Source of the DNA: a virus
Taxonomy: Duplodnaviria; Caudoviricetes
Reading direction: 5' to 3' (one strand)
Virus record (IMG/VR): IMGVR_UViG_3300030099_003935
Coordinates: 1-34,380 of that record
Length of the DNA: 34,380 nt
In this document: positions 1 through 9,130 of the stretch, in pieces
Layout of the letters: every line of letters starts with the position of its first letter
How positions within the stretch are numbered: the stretch's first letter is position 1
Translations under genes and position numbers: made by a program
Notes under the pieces: model-generated
Seen by the model: the letters and a program-made list of their open reading frames with translations, nothing else
Told to the model about the DNA's origin: nothing
Database searches by the model: none

Positions 1-57
1 CAATGCTCGTATTGTACTAAGCCACGCACTGGGCGTAACGCCTATGCCCACGTTGCC
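1..57. repeat. Direct repeat of 33937-33993 (56/57 identical)
   Basis: The single mismatch (pos 31 vs 33967) is synonymous (Pro CCC/CCG); both copies encode GNVGIGVTPSAWLSTIRAL. Confidence 0.95.
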
Positions 58-1545
58 GTCCTCGCCCAACTCAAACAATACTGTACCGCCACTCGTTCCT
101 GTGCGATCTTTTGCTATCTGGAATTTCTCGTTCGTTGCACCGTTGTCTGAGTCTATGTTGAGAAACAGACTGGCAGGCACATTAATAATACCGTTGTGTG
201 TGCCATTATCATCGAGGTATAGTATGCCGTTGTTAGCTGTCAGAGTTGCAGCTGAAAGTGCGTCTGTGAATGTGGCCGTGCTGCCGCTGATCGTGCCGCC
301 TGTGACGTTTCCACTCACGCCACTCGATGCAGTGATAAGACCCGTAACGCCCAGTGTACTTGAGATAGTCTGTGCGCCTGTGAGTGCGAGTGTCCCTGCG
401 GTGACGTTGAGATTTGCGCTGCCTGTGTTTATTGCCAGTGCGTTATTGCCGCTGGTATCAATGGACGCTGCCGCATCAAACGAAAACGTCCCTGCATCTG
501 ACTCAATCGTGCCAGCGTCTAACGTCAACGTAGCTGTTCCAGCGTCTAATGACAGATTATTGTTACCCGATGTATCAATCGTAGCGGCTGCGTCGAATGA
601 CAATGTGGATGCGTCTGATTCTATGGTATTCGCATCCAGTGTCAGTGTAGCTGTACCTGCATCGAGCGTTAGGTTGTTATTGCCAGAAGTGTCAATGGTG
701 CTTGCAGCATCGAACGACAGCGCAGTAGCTTTGACGGCTAATGCTTGTCCGCTGTCACCGATGCTATCTGCGTAGAGGTTCGCCCACCGCACTGACGTAG
801 TGCCTAAATCGTCGGTGCTATCGGTATCACTAACTATATTGCTACCTGATGTTATGCCGGCTGTAGCTGTAACTAATCCAGTTACGCCTAACGTGCCTCC
901 TACTGCCATATTGCGCGAAAAGAAACCATCGCGTGGCCGGGTCGCTCCCGATTTACCTATATCGTAGGTCGCATCGGAAAACAGCAGATCGCTCGTCACG
1001 GTGGCATTCACGGTCAACGTGTCTGAAGCACTGTCTCCCACGACTACAGCACCATTTAAGGTTAACCCACCGGTTAACGTCAACGCGCCGCCTACACTGA
1101 CATCGCCGGCAAATGTTGCTGCTTGTGCTGAAGATAGTGTTAATGCGGTAGTGCCGTTTGTTCCGAGGGTAAACGCGTTAGTCGCGTGGTTGTATGTGAT
1201 AAGACCTATGTCGTTATCACCCGCATCCCCAAACGCAATTTTGCCCGTACTGGACCCACCTGAAAGAATTGTAATACCCGACGCCGTGCTGTTTTCAAAC
1301 ACAGCTTCGTCTGCATCTGATGCCGCTTGCACTGTGCCGGCAGATCCGGTGTGGACGTGTAGCTGACCACCATCAGCCGCAGCCAGTCCGGTTCCAATAA
1401 CCAGCTCACCCAACACATACGACGCCGTGCTGTCTATGTCGCTATTGTTGATTGTGTGCGTGTATATGTTTTGAAATTCAGCGTTGAGGTCCGAAGCGGT
1501 TAGTGTTTCTCCGCTCACCCAACTCTTTAATGCTGTAAGATTCAT
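1..1545 (-). CDS. Tail fibre protein, N-terminal part (runs off the left edge; absent from the ORF track)
   Basis: ATG at 1545 after GGGAGAAAAGG; open frame MNLTALKSWVSGETLTASDLNAEFQNIY...GNVGIGVTPSAWLSTIRAL to base 1. The N-terminus resembles podoviral fibre anchor segments, and the body is G/T/S-rich beta-repeat sequence. Confidence 0.88.
   Translation of the reverse strand, partial: MNLTALKSWVSGETLTASDLNAEFQNIYTHTINNSDIDSTASYVLGELVIGTGLAAADGGQLHVHTGSAGTVQAASDADEAVFENSTASGITILSGGSSTGKIAFGDAGDNDIGLITYNHATNAFTLGTNGTTALTLSSAQAATFAGDVSVGGALTLTGGLTLNGAVVVGDSASDTLTVNATVTSDLLFSDATYDIGKSGATRPRDGFFSRNMAVGGTLGVTGLVTATAGITSGSNIVSDTDSTDDLGTTSVRWANLYADSIGDSGQALAVKATALSFDAASTIDTSGNNNLTLDAGTATLTLDANTIESDASTLSFDAAATIDTSGNNNLSLDAGTATLTLDAGTIESDAGTFSFDAAASIDTSGNNALAINTGSANLNVTAGTLALTGAQTISSTLGVTGLITASSGVSGNVTGGTISGSTATFTDALSAATLTANNGILYLDDNGTHNGIINVPASLFLNIDSDNGATNEKFQIAKDRTGTSGGTVLFELGEDGNVGIGVTPSAWLSTIRAL
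430..722 (-). repeat. 39-aa (117-nt) tandem repeat in the tail fibre, about 2.5 copies
   Basis: LSFDAASTIDTSGNNNLTLDAGTATLTLDANTIESDAST / LSFDAAATIDTSGNNNLSLDAGTATLTLDAGTIESDAGT / FSFDAAASIDTSGNN. Confidence 0.9.
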
Positions 1546-1596
1546 TCAGCCTTTTCTCCCACGGTCTTATGATTTATTGGCCGGGCCGTGTGCCGG

Positions 1597-3618
1597 CTAC
1601 TCTTCCCTTAATTGTCGCACGCCAATTTGCGACGCCGTCCTTCCAATCAATCTTAACATGTCATTGGGAATTGCTTGTTGGAAATTTGTCTCGCCGAGCA
1701 TGTAGCGCGCGAGCCCGGGCTTAGTCATAAACTGCGCAATACCCACGTCGGTTACAGCCCGTGCTGCAAGACGCGCCAACGCATCCCGCGTATCTCCACC
1801 TTTTTTGAACATCCCGGTCAGCGCATCGACTACGTCTGACCCATACCCACCTTGAAAATTCACATAGCGCGCCGTGTTGCTAAAGTTTCCCATCGACCGC
1901 TCGCCTTGCGTCATTTCTTGCAATGCCCTCGCCACGGTGCGCAGCTCGTTGTATACATCTGTTCCCAGCAACGCTTCTACCGAGCCCGGTCTACTCTTTT
2001 CTAATCCGTCTAAGTAGTTATTAATGTGCTTGCCACTTATGATCCTCTGCAGATCCTGTGGATACATACCCGAGCGCATTTGATCCGATGAAATAGACCC
2101 AGCCGCTTTTAAGTTTTCAAAGAATGCATTTATAATCGACGCCCACGCGTCTGCGCCCTCCTTAGTTATCCTCAACCCCGACGGCGTTCCCTGCTGGCCT
2201 ATACTAATTTTAAAATTTATAATCTCTTCAGGCGTCATATTTTCAAACACTGTGCGGGCAATTTGGCTGCCTTTTTCCTCATTCCCCATTGCCCTGCGAA
2301 CTGCCCCCGACTCTTTCACCCGAAACAATGACTCGGCTGCGTCTGCCGCTTGTCGCCCGAGTGCGTACGCTTGCGGATTGTTTGTGCCGCCACCTTGACG
2401 CAGAAACTCCATCTCGGCGTAGTGCATTGAATCCGCAAGGTTACGCATTTGTGTTTCTACCGAGTCGTCAAAAAATGGTTGAGCCGAGCGTCTATTGGTG
2501 TTTAACTCGGTGTATATCTGTGTCTTTACTCTGCGCACGTCGTCGAACGTGCGCGCTCCCAACGCCAGCTCCATTGCGCTTGCCAGCTTGTCTAAACCGA
2601 GCACGCCTACGTTGCCCTCACGCTTAAACAAGTCTGTATTTTCTATTGCATTCAACGCATTGTCTATCGCAGTGCGGTCTATAGGTGCAGCCCTATCTAC
2701 GCCACCTTGCGTAAAGAAGTCTGTATACAACTTATTGATATCGCCTTGACGAATATCCGTTGTCGTTTCTATTGCACCACGTATCCGTTCGCCGGTTTCT
2801 ATAGCTGCGTCTGCGCTACTGGCAGTAGGACCGCCCTTTGAACCCGCTTTTTTCTGCAGGTTGTTCATCGCTCTTTGAAACTCTCTAAAAAGCGGTTCGT
2901 CTGCTTCGCGCATAATTTCAGTTGTTACTTGATTTGTGCGAGCGACGTTTGCCATGCCTCCTATAAATGGGGACGCGGTCCTTATTTGAGGAGGAGCAAC
3001 TTTCATCATCTCTGTGCCTGCAGCCTTATCAGCCTGACCCACAAGATCGCGGACTTGCTTCATTGCGCCTGTTTGCGCTTTCTTCGCCGCTGGCCCTTTT
3101 AGCAGTGCAGTTACACCCTTCTGCATTAACTCGCCACCCGCTGCAAACGCGCCCTCTAACGCAGTTTGCCCTACGTCATATCCTCGCTCTGATCCTGCTT
3201 CCTTTGCCATGCCCTGTCGAAATGCATCTCCACCCGCGCCACCTACAACAGTCCCAGCCCCCGGCTTTACGAACGATCCCGCAATACTCGTCACCATTGG
3301 GATCGCGTCTCCCAACATATCAGCGAAGTCGTAAATAGTTATCTCATCTTCATCGAACTTTTTCAATCCTTGCGGCGTATTTACAAACAGCTCGCCATTT
3401 TTTATTTGTATGGCTTCGCGCGGCACGCCACGGCTCACCAATATGTCGACCTTACCTTCAGGCTCTGGATCGAGCGACGCTAACATACGATTTTTGAATT
3501 GCTTCATTAAGCCACCCAGATCTGCAGTTGCAGTAGGTGGTTCGTCTTGCATGTTTGCAGACGGCAATGCAGGCGCAGTGTATAGTTGGCGATATTGCTG
3601 TAGTTGGTTTTTAGCCAT
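1597..3618 (-). CDS. Putative internal virion / DNA ejection protein (673 aa)
   Basis: Lies between nozzle and fibre; Gly-rich hydrophobic segment (VTSIAGSFVKPGAGTVVGGAGG) followed by an alpha-helical-looking body. Assigned by synteny and composition. Confidence 0.6.
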   Translation of the reverse strand: MAKNQLQQYRQLYTAPALPSANMQDEPPTATADLGGLMKQFKNRMLASLDPEPEGKVDILVSRGVPREAIQIKNGELFVNTPQGLKKFDEDEITIYDFADMLGDAIPMVTSIAGSFVKPGAGTVVGGAGGDAFRQGMAKEAGSERGYDVGQTALEGAFAAGGELMQKGVTALLKGPAAKKAQTGAMKQVRDLVGQADKAAGTEMMKVAPPQIRTASPFIGGMANVARTNQVTTEIMREADEPLFREFQRAMNNLQKKAGSKGGPTASSADAAIETGERIRGAIETTTDIRQGDINKLYTDFFTQGGVDRAAPIDRTAIDNALNAIENTDLFKREGNVGVLGLDKLASAMELALGARTFDDVRRVKTQIYTELNTNRRSAQPFFDDSVETQMRNLADSMHYAEMEFLRQGGGTNNPQAYALGRQAADAAESLFRVKESGAVRRAMGNEEKGSQIARTVFENMTPEEIINFKISIGQQGTPSGLRITKEGADAWASIINAFFENLKAAGSISSDQMRSGMYPQDLQRIISGKHINNYLDGLEKSRPGSVEALLGTDVYNELRTVARALQEMTQGERSMGNFSNTARYVNFQGGYGSDVVDALTGMFKKGGDTRDALARLAARAVTDVGIAQFMTKPGLARYMLGETNFQQAIPNDMLRLIGRTASQIGVRQLREE

Positions 3619-5012
3619 TAGTATGGACCTTTTCCGCGACTAATTGCTTCTACTTCATATAGGCTTGTTATCTCACGGTTCATTTGATTTACTAATTCAC
3701 CCAACGTGTTTCTAAGTTGCTCTGGTTGCGTGAATATTCCCCCTACTAATCCTTCGTAAAAATCCTGCTCGGCTTCGGTTAAGGCTGCTCCAGAGCGATA
3801 ACGTGCTACCGTGTCACGAAGGAATCCTAATTGCGTTAGAAAGTTTGCCGCTTCCGGCCCAATCGCTTCTTGCTCGCCCATAAAATAAGCGTAACCTTTT
3901 TTTATAGCTCCCTCACTTCTCCCAAACGCTTCCTGTATTTGCCCTATTGCACCCGGGTCAGCTAAAGTATCTATTGCCCTCAAAGCATTCGCACGTATAG
4001 TCGTCAACTGCATGAGTTTGTTTTTCTCAGTTGCGCTAAAGTTGTATGCGTCACTTGCTGCATCAATTCGGTCTAAAAATGAATTCAACATATTTTCTGA
4101 CAGGTCGTAGCCTTGCGCTTGTAAACCAGCCTCTAATGCAAGGACGCCACTTTCATAGTTTGTCTCTGTCGCTTGCTTTACTGCACCGTCCAATATGGTA
4201 TTGAATGTGCTTCTTATTTTTGCTGCCTGTTCATTGTATCCTGCCACCGCCGATGTAAGCAATTCGGGGGACTTTATACCGCTCTGCTCAACTATTAATC
4301 TCCGTGCCTCGTCACCTCTAAGAAATGGGTTTAACGTAGCCACGTTACTTCCAGCATCTGCTGCAATTCGGATACGATTGCTACCACTGAGCGTCGGGCT
4401 ACCAGCGGCATCGGTTGCAGCATTTATCTTGTTTATGTCTGCTTGTGCTTTTTCCATTTGCAAGTCGAACAATTTTTGGTCTGCCACGCGTTGCCCGTAA
4501 GTAGCGTCAAACACATTCTGCCCATACTCGCTCATACCATCTGGGGCTTGTGGCTGCCTACCTAATGTTTGTAATAATCTGGGGTCGCCTTGTGGTAACA
4601 TTTGCAACGCCGCGCCAAACGTTGCCGGGTCTTCAGGTAGTGGTGCAGCCTGTGCAGCTGTTGTCGCTAAATTCTTATCGCGCGCCATTTCTGCATTTGC
4701 AATTTGCAAATCTCGCAATCTGTTTAGTGCCGCTTGGTTTTGTAATCCACCATACAGGCTAAATGCTTGCGAACCTATGCCGGCTGCTTGCCCTATACCA
4801 CGCAGAAACTTTGCGCCGCCAGTTGATTCAACTTCTACAGGTGCAACCTGTGGATTGCCGCCAAATGCGCGCGACAAATTCGCGCGCGCTACCCGTCTAT
4901 CTAATTCGCGCTGGGCTTTCTTTTGTTGATTTCGGTCTAAATACGATGCCCCCAAATTGCCCAACATATTTACACCCTGCAGGGCTAAGGCTATTGTCAT
5001 TGGCTCTGGCAT
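3618..5012 (-). CDS. Putative internal virion / DNA ejection protein (464 aa)
   Basis: Hydrophobic Gly-rich N-terminus (MTIALALQGVNMLGNLGASYL) then Q/A-rich helical sequence; coupled to both neighbours by stop/start overlaps. Confidence 0.6.
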   Translation of the reverse strand: MPEPMTIALALQGVNMLGNLGASYLDRNQQKKAQRELDRRVARANLSRAFGGNPQVAPVEVESTGGAKFLRGIGQAAGIGSQAFSLYGGLQNQAALNRLRDLQIANAEMARDKNLATTAAQAAPLPEDPATFGAALQMLPQGDPRLLQTLGRQPQAPDGMSEYGQNVFDATYGQRVADQKLFDLQMEKAQADINKINAATDAAGSPTLSGSNRIRIAADAGSNVATLNPFLRGDEARRLIVEQSGIKSPELLTSAVAGYNEQAAKIRSTFNTILDGAVKQATETNYESGVLALEAGLQAQGYDLSENMLNSFLDRIDAASDAYNFSATEKNKLMQLTTIRANALRAIDTLADPGAIGQIQEAFGRSEGAIKKGYAYFMGEQEAIGPEAANFLTQLGFLRDTVARYRSGAALTEAEQDFYEGLVGGIFTQPEQLRNTLGELVNQMNREITSLYEVEAISRGKGPY

Positions 5013-8000
5013 TATGCTCTACCTTGTCCGTATGATGTGTTTGCGCGCGCACGGCTTTCACGCAATTCAGCAGCGGTCATACCTGTCATTCTCATTATTT
5101 GTTCATCGGTTAAATCTGGCATATTTGCAGCAGCTTCAGCTATTTGTTCACCTGTTGGTGTTTCTATATTTAAAATATTGGTAGATTGTCCACCTAATCC
5201 TAATGCTTGCCTTATGCGACTTTCTACATCTGTATCTTCTATGCCAATGTCTGCAGCTTCTGCTGCTAATAGTTGAACTATATCTGCATCTCTAAAATTT
5301 CTGTCCTGAAGTGCTGATGCTCTATCGGCTGCTTGGCCTGTTAGTGTTCGCCTACCGCCCACGCGTCCATAAAGCGCATCTGCTAATGCTTGATCTGCAC
5401 GTACGTTGGCATCTTCTGCTCTTGCTTCTGAACCGCGCGAAGCTGCTATATCTTGATCTATTGCCTGCCCTCGCAATGTGCGCGTGGCTGGGCCACTTGC
5501 CCCACGCGCAAAATAATCGCCGGTTACGTCGGCTTCCGCTAACCTTCCTTGCAATGCCTGTGCATTGATGTCGCTTCTTAAGGCGCGCTCTGCCCGGTCG
5601 TCGGCTGTAAGTGCACGGGCAAGCTCTTGCTCGACTGTGCGACCCTGTAGGGTTTGCTCTGGGCGCCTACTGCCTCCAAACTCCAATCGCCCTGTCCTGT
5701 CCGCTTGCGCTAATCTATTCTGTAAGTCTTGCGACCTTATGTCCGCAGATAGCGCGCGCTCTGCGCGGTCCCTACCTTCAACCGCATCTAATATCTGTTG
5801 GTCTGCCAAATCGCGTTGTATTGTACGCTGTGACGGTCTACTGCCACCAAAATCCAGTTCGCCCGTCAAACCAGCTTGTGCTAACCTATTCTGGAAGTTT
5901 TGTGATGTAATATCTGCGCCTAACGCCCTATCTGCGCGCGCGTCTGCAGCCTGTTGTATCTCTCTATTCTGTATAGCACTTTCAATGTCTTGCTCTGCTA
6001 AACGTGCTTGAAGCGTTTGCTCTGCTGGCATATTTGCACCGCGTTGGAACTCGCCTGTAACGCCGGCCTCTGCTAATCTATTTTGCAAATTCTGTGACGC
6101 TACATCTGCATCGAATGCGCGCCCGGTCAACGTCTGCCGTCTGCCATCCTCGTCTTCAACTGCGCCAAAGAGCGCAGATTCTAATTGCTGCTGTGCGCGC
6201 TCATCGCCCGACAACGCCAAATCCCGCTGCAGATCAAATTGTTGCTGCTGCAATGTGCTAATTGGCGCACGATTCGCCCCGGCTTGAAATTCTCCCGTCA
6301 CCCCTGCTTCTGCTAATCTGTTTTGAAGATTCTGTGCCGCTATATCTGCGTCTAATGCTCTACCTGCGCGTAAATCCGCACCCCTTGCTAATTCACGCTG
6401 CTGTCTCTGTGTTGCAAGGTCTGACTCTAATGCTCTCGACTGCAACGTAGCCAACGGCGCTTGATTGGCCGCGCCCGTATCAAACCTACCCGTCACTTCT
6501 GCTTGTGCTAATCGACGCTGCAGTTCAGCAGTGTCAAGATTAGACTCCAACGCATCGCCGGCTCGTATGTCTGCCCGGCCTGCAAGATCCCTATTTAATT
6601 GCTGATCTAATATGTCTTGATTTAAGGCGCGTTGTGCGCGGCTATCTGCAGCACTTGCTAAGTCTCTTTGCTGCGCCGATGTTGCAAGCCTATCCCCGAG
6701 AGCTTGCTGCTCCCTAAAGTCTGTACTTGTTTGCAGCCTACGCAAAAGGTCTTGTGTTGTTAAGTCTGACGCCAGCGCATCTGCTGCCCTTGCGTCTCCT
6801 GACAATGCAAGCTCCCTTTGTAGGTCTTGTGTAGTAAGGTCTGACCCTAACGCTTGCGCTGCCCTTGCATCCGCTGCGCTTGCCAGCCTGCGCTGCTGTG
6901 CTTGTGTGGTTAGGTCAGAGCCCAATGCTTGTGCAGCGCGCGCGTCGCCGGCTGTAGCTAATAATCTATCTAATCGCTCGCTCGTTAGCCTTGACCCTAA
7001 CGCATCAGCTTCTCTTTCGTCTGCTGCTGTAGCAAGAAGCCTGTTTTGCCGCTCTGTAGTTAATTGGGAGCCGAGTGCGTCGGCTGCCCTTGCATCTCCT
7101 GCAATCGCTAACCGCCGCTGTAAGTTTTCCGTCGTTAATCTGGAGCCTAACGCTTCTGCCTCTCTTGTGTCTGCAGTTGCTGCTAATCGTCGTTGCTGCT
7201 CTGCCGTCACTAAATCAGATCGCAGACCGCGCTCTTGTCTGTCTCCTTGATCGCGCGCAAGCTGCCTGTTTATCCTGTCGGTTTCTAACCCTGACAATTG
7301 GGCCTGCCTGCCAAACACATCTTGCTGTGCTTGCCTTCTAAGGCCCGCATCGGCTATCTCAAGCTGATCTCGTCGCCCTTGCAGTCCTAACGCCTGTGAC
7401 ACTGCGTCGCCCGCCATGCCCGCTTCTAAGGCTTGCCTGCTGTCCATTTGCCCGGACAGACCCGCCACATCGCTTATTGCCCCACGCTCTAAATTCTCGT
7501 TGGCTAATCCTAACGAATCTCGCCGGCCTTGAAAGTTGAGCGCGTCTGCCAGCGCCTGCGATTGTAAGTCGTAAGCGCGTGCGTTAATGTCATTAAGAGT
7601 CCGCTCCCGCGCCCCTATAAAATCACCAAATGCTTCCGCTGTGTCTCCGCTTCTCAACACGCCCAGCCTGTTTAGCTGTTCGCGCAACTGCTCTTGCTCT
7701 TGTTGACTGCGCCGCAAAAAATCTGCTCGCTGTTGTTCGATTAGTGGGTTAGTTCCACCCATCAATCTTTCTTGTATTACTCGCTCTGCGTTAGTTGCTA
7801 AATCGCCACCTAAATCTACCCCACTGTCAGTGAGCCGTGAACGGGCTACGCCGAGCGCCTCGGCTAACGCTCCTTCGTCGTTTAGTTGATCTTCTTGCAG
7901 CCGACCCATCACATTTGTTTCAGCAGTTGTTGCTAACCCGTCAGCCGGGTTTATCATCTGCCCACCGAGAGATTGATTTAGTAATTCACGTTGCACCATG

Positions 8001-9130
8001 TCAGCGCCTGTGTTTACGCTGTCGCTAACAATTGCTTCGCCTGTCCCTGCTTGCAAATTGTCGTCTAATCCTAAAAATTGGTAGGGCGTCTTTATGCCTC
8101 GGGTCAAGCCTCCTGTAGACGATGCGGTTTTTTGCACGCCAGTGTTAGTTGCCCTGTCGGTAGTTACGTCTGGTCCGGTTGTTGCTGCTTGTGCTGTCGT
8201 TATATCTTGCCCGGGAGTTGCTGCGCGCGTTGCAAATTGATTACGTATAACAGGATTCGCTCTGGTAGCAAATTGATTTGCTACATCTGTTGCCCGAGAT
8301 GTTGTTTTATCGTTTATGTCTAATTTTTCATATGAGTTGGGATCAAACGTGCCTGTCCCAACATTAGTAACGCCTGTCCCATCCCCTTCTACTGTCGGCA
8401 TCCCTGTGTAATCTACCTGATTAGCAAACCCCATTGCTTTGTATTCTTCTGGGGTGCGCATGATGCCGGCGTCTGCGTCTGCGAAAAATTGATCAAACAT
8501 GCTGGGGCGGGAAGGCGACTGCTGGGGTGCATTAGCAAAGCCCATTGCTTCATACTCAGCAGGGCTTCGCTGTATGCCTGCGTCTGCATCTGCAAAAAAC
8601 TGGTCAAACTTGCTCGGTGGGGAGCTTTGATTTCCTTGTTGGGATCTTTGTTGTGCTAAAGCCTTAATTCTGGGACTAACTGCTCGATTCCTTAATATAT
8701 ATTGAAGATTATTGGGGTCAGCGTCTAACATAGCTAACACCTGCGCCTCTTGCTCAGGGCTATCCGAATACCCGGTGTTTCGTGGCGCAAAGTTATTGAC
8801 GGTATTGGCCTGTGGCGGCATATTTGCCGCCGTTTGTTTTGTCCCAATCCCGCCCATTGCCTGTGAAGCTGATGCTCCACCTGTTGGGCTTTGGCGAGGC
8901 CCAACGACCGCATTATTTCCGGTCGTGAGCGTTGCTCCCAACCCCCTCGTAGGTGCAGGCGCAGTACCCTCTCGTCCCTGTTGCCCAAAGCCTAACGCCT
9001 CGTATAGTGACTGCATGTTTTGCTGTTGCGCACCATTGTTAAGCATATCATTATTGCCACTACTTGCATTACGCCGTTTTGCATAATTTAGGGGGTTTTG
9101 ATTAGCCCCTCTTATTTGTCCGAATGCCAT
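5012..9130 (-). CDS. Large repeat-rich putative ejection protein (1372 aa)
   Basis: Directly follows the nozzle gene; A/Q/R/L/D-rich with several nested repeat families. Confidence 0.6.
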   Translation of the reverse strand: MAFGQIRGANQNPLNYAKRRNASSGNNDMLNNGAQQQNMQSLYEALGFGQQGREGTAPAPTRGLGATLTTGNNAVVGPRQSPTGGASASQAMGGIGTKQTAANMPPQANTVNNFAPRNTGYSDSPEQEAQVLAMLDADPNNLQYILRNRAVSPRIKALAQQRSQQGNQSSPPSKFDQFFADADAGIQRSPAEYEAMGFANAPQQSPSRPSMFDQFFADADAGIMRTPEEYKAMGFANQVDYTGMPTVEGDGTGVTNVGTGTFDPNSYEKLDINDKTTSRATDVANQFATRANPVIRNQFATRAATPGQDITTAQAATTGPDVTTDRATNTGVQKTASSTGGLTRGIKTPYQFLGLDDNLQAGTGEAIVSDSVNTGADMVQRELLNQSLGGQMINPADGLATTAETNVMGRLQEDQLNDEGALAEALGVARSRLTDSGVDLGGDLATNAERVIQERLMGGTNPLIEQQRADFLRRSQQEQEQLREQLNRLGVLRSGDTAEAFGDFIGARERTLNDINARAYDLQSQALADALNFQGRRDSLGLANENLERGAISDVAGLSGQMDSRQALEAGMAGDAVSQALGLQGRRDQLEIADAGLRRQAQQDVFGRQAQLSGLETDRINRQLARDQGDRQERGLRSDLVTAEQQRRLAATADTREAEALGSRLTTENLQRRLAIAGDARAADALGSQLTTERQNRLLATAADEREADALGSRLTSERLDRLLATAGDARAAQALGSDLTTQAQQRRLASAADARAAQALGSDLTTQDLQRELALSGDARAADALASDLTTQDLLRRLQTSTDFREQQALGDRLATSAQQRDLASAADSRAQRALNQDILDQQLNRDLAGRADIRAGDALESNLDTAELQRRLAQAEVTGRFDTGAANQAPLATLQSRALESDLATQRQQRELARGADLRAGRALDADIAAQNLQNRLAEAGVTGEFQAGANRAPISTLQQQQFDLQRDLALSGDERAQQQLESALFGAVEDEDGRRQTLTGRAFDADVASQNLQNRLAEAGVTGEFQRGANMPAEQTLQARLAEQDIESAIQNREIQQAADARADRALGADITSQNFQNRLAQAGLTGELDFGGSRPSQRTIQRDLADQQILDAVEGRDRAERALSADIRSQDLQNRLAQADRTGRLEFGGSRRPEQTLQGRTVEQELARALTADDRAERALRSDINAQALQGRLAEADVTGDYFARGASGPATRTLRGQAIDQDIAASRGSEARAEDANVRADQALADALYGRVGGRRTLTGQAADRASALQDRNFRDADIVQLLAAEAADIGIEDTDVESRIRQALGLGGQSTNILNIETPTGEQIAEAAANMPDLTDEQIMRMTGMTAAELRESRARANTSYGQGRA
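6488..7240 (-). repeat. Ten tandem 25-aa (75-nt) repeats
   Basis: Approximate consensus RAAxALGSDLTTQxxQRxLAxAxDA; the 75-nt DNA period is visible (e.g. 6842/6917/6992/7067/7142). Confidence 0.9.
8420..8620 (-). repeat. Tandem duplication with 37-aa (111-nt) period
   Basis: PSKFDQFFADADAGIQRSPAEYEAMGFAN and PSMFDQFFADADAGIMRTPEEYKAMGFAN. Confidence 0.9.

Noticed and set aside
6488-7240. 75-nt periodicity as a CRISPR array
   Set aside because: The repeats are degenerate, in frame and conserved at protein level, with no repeat/spacer alternation and no cas genes.
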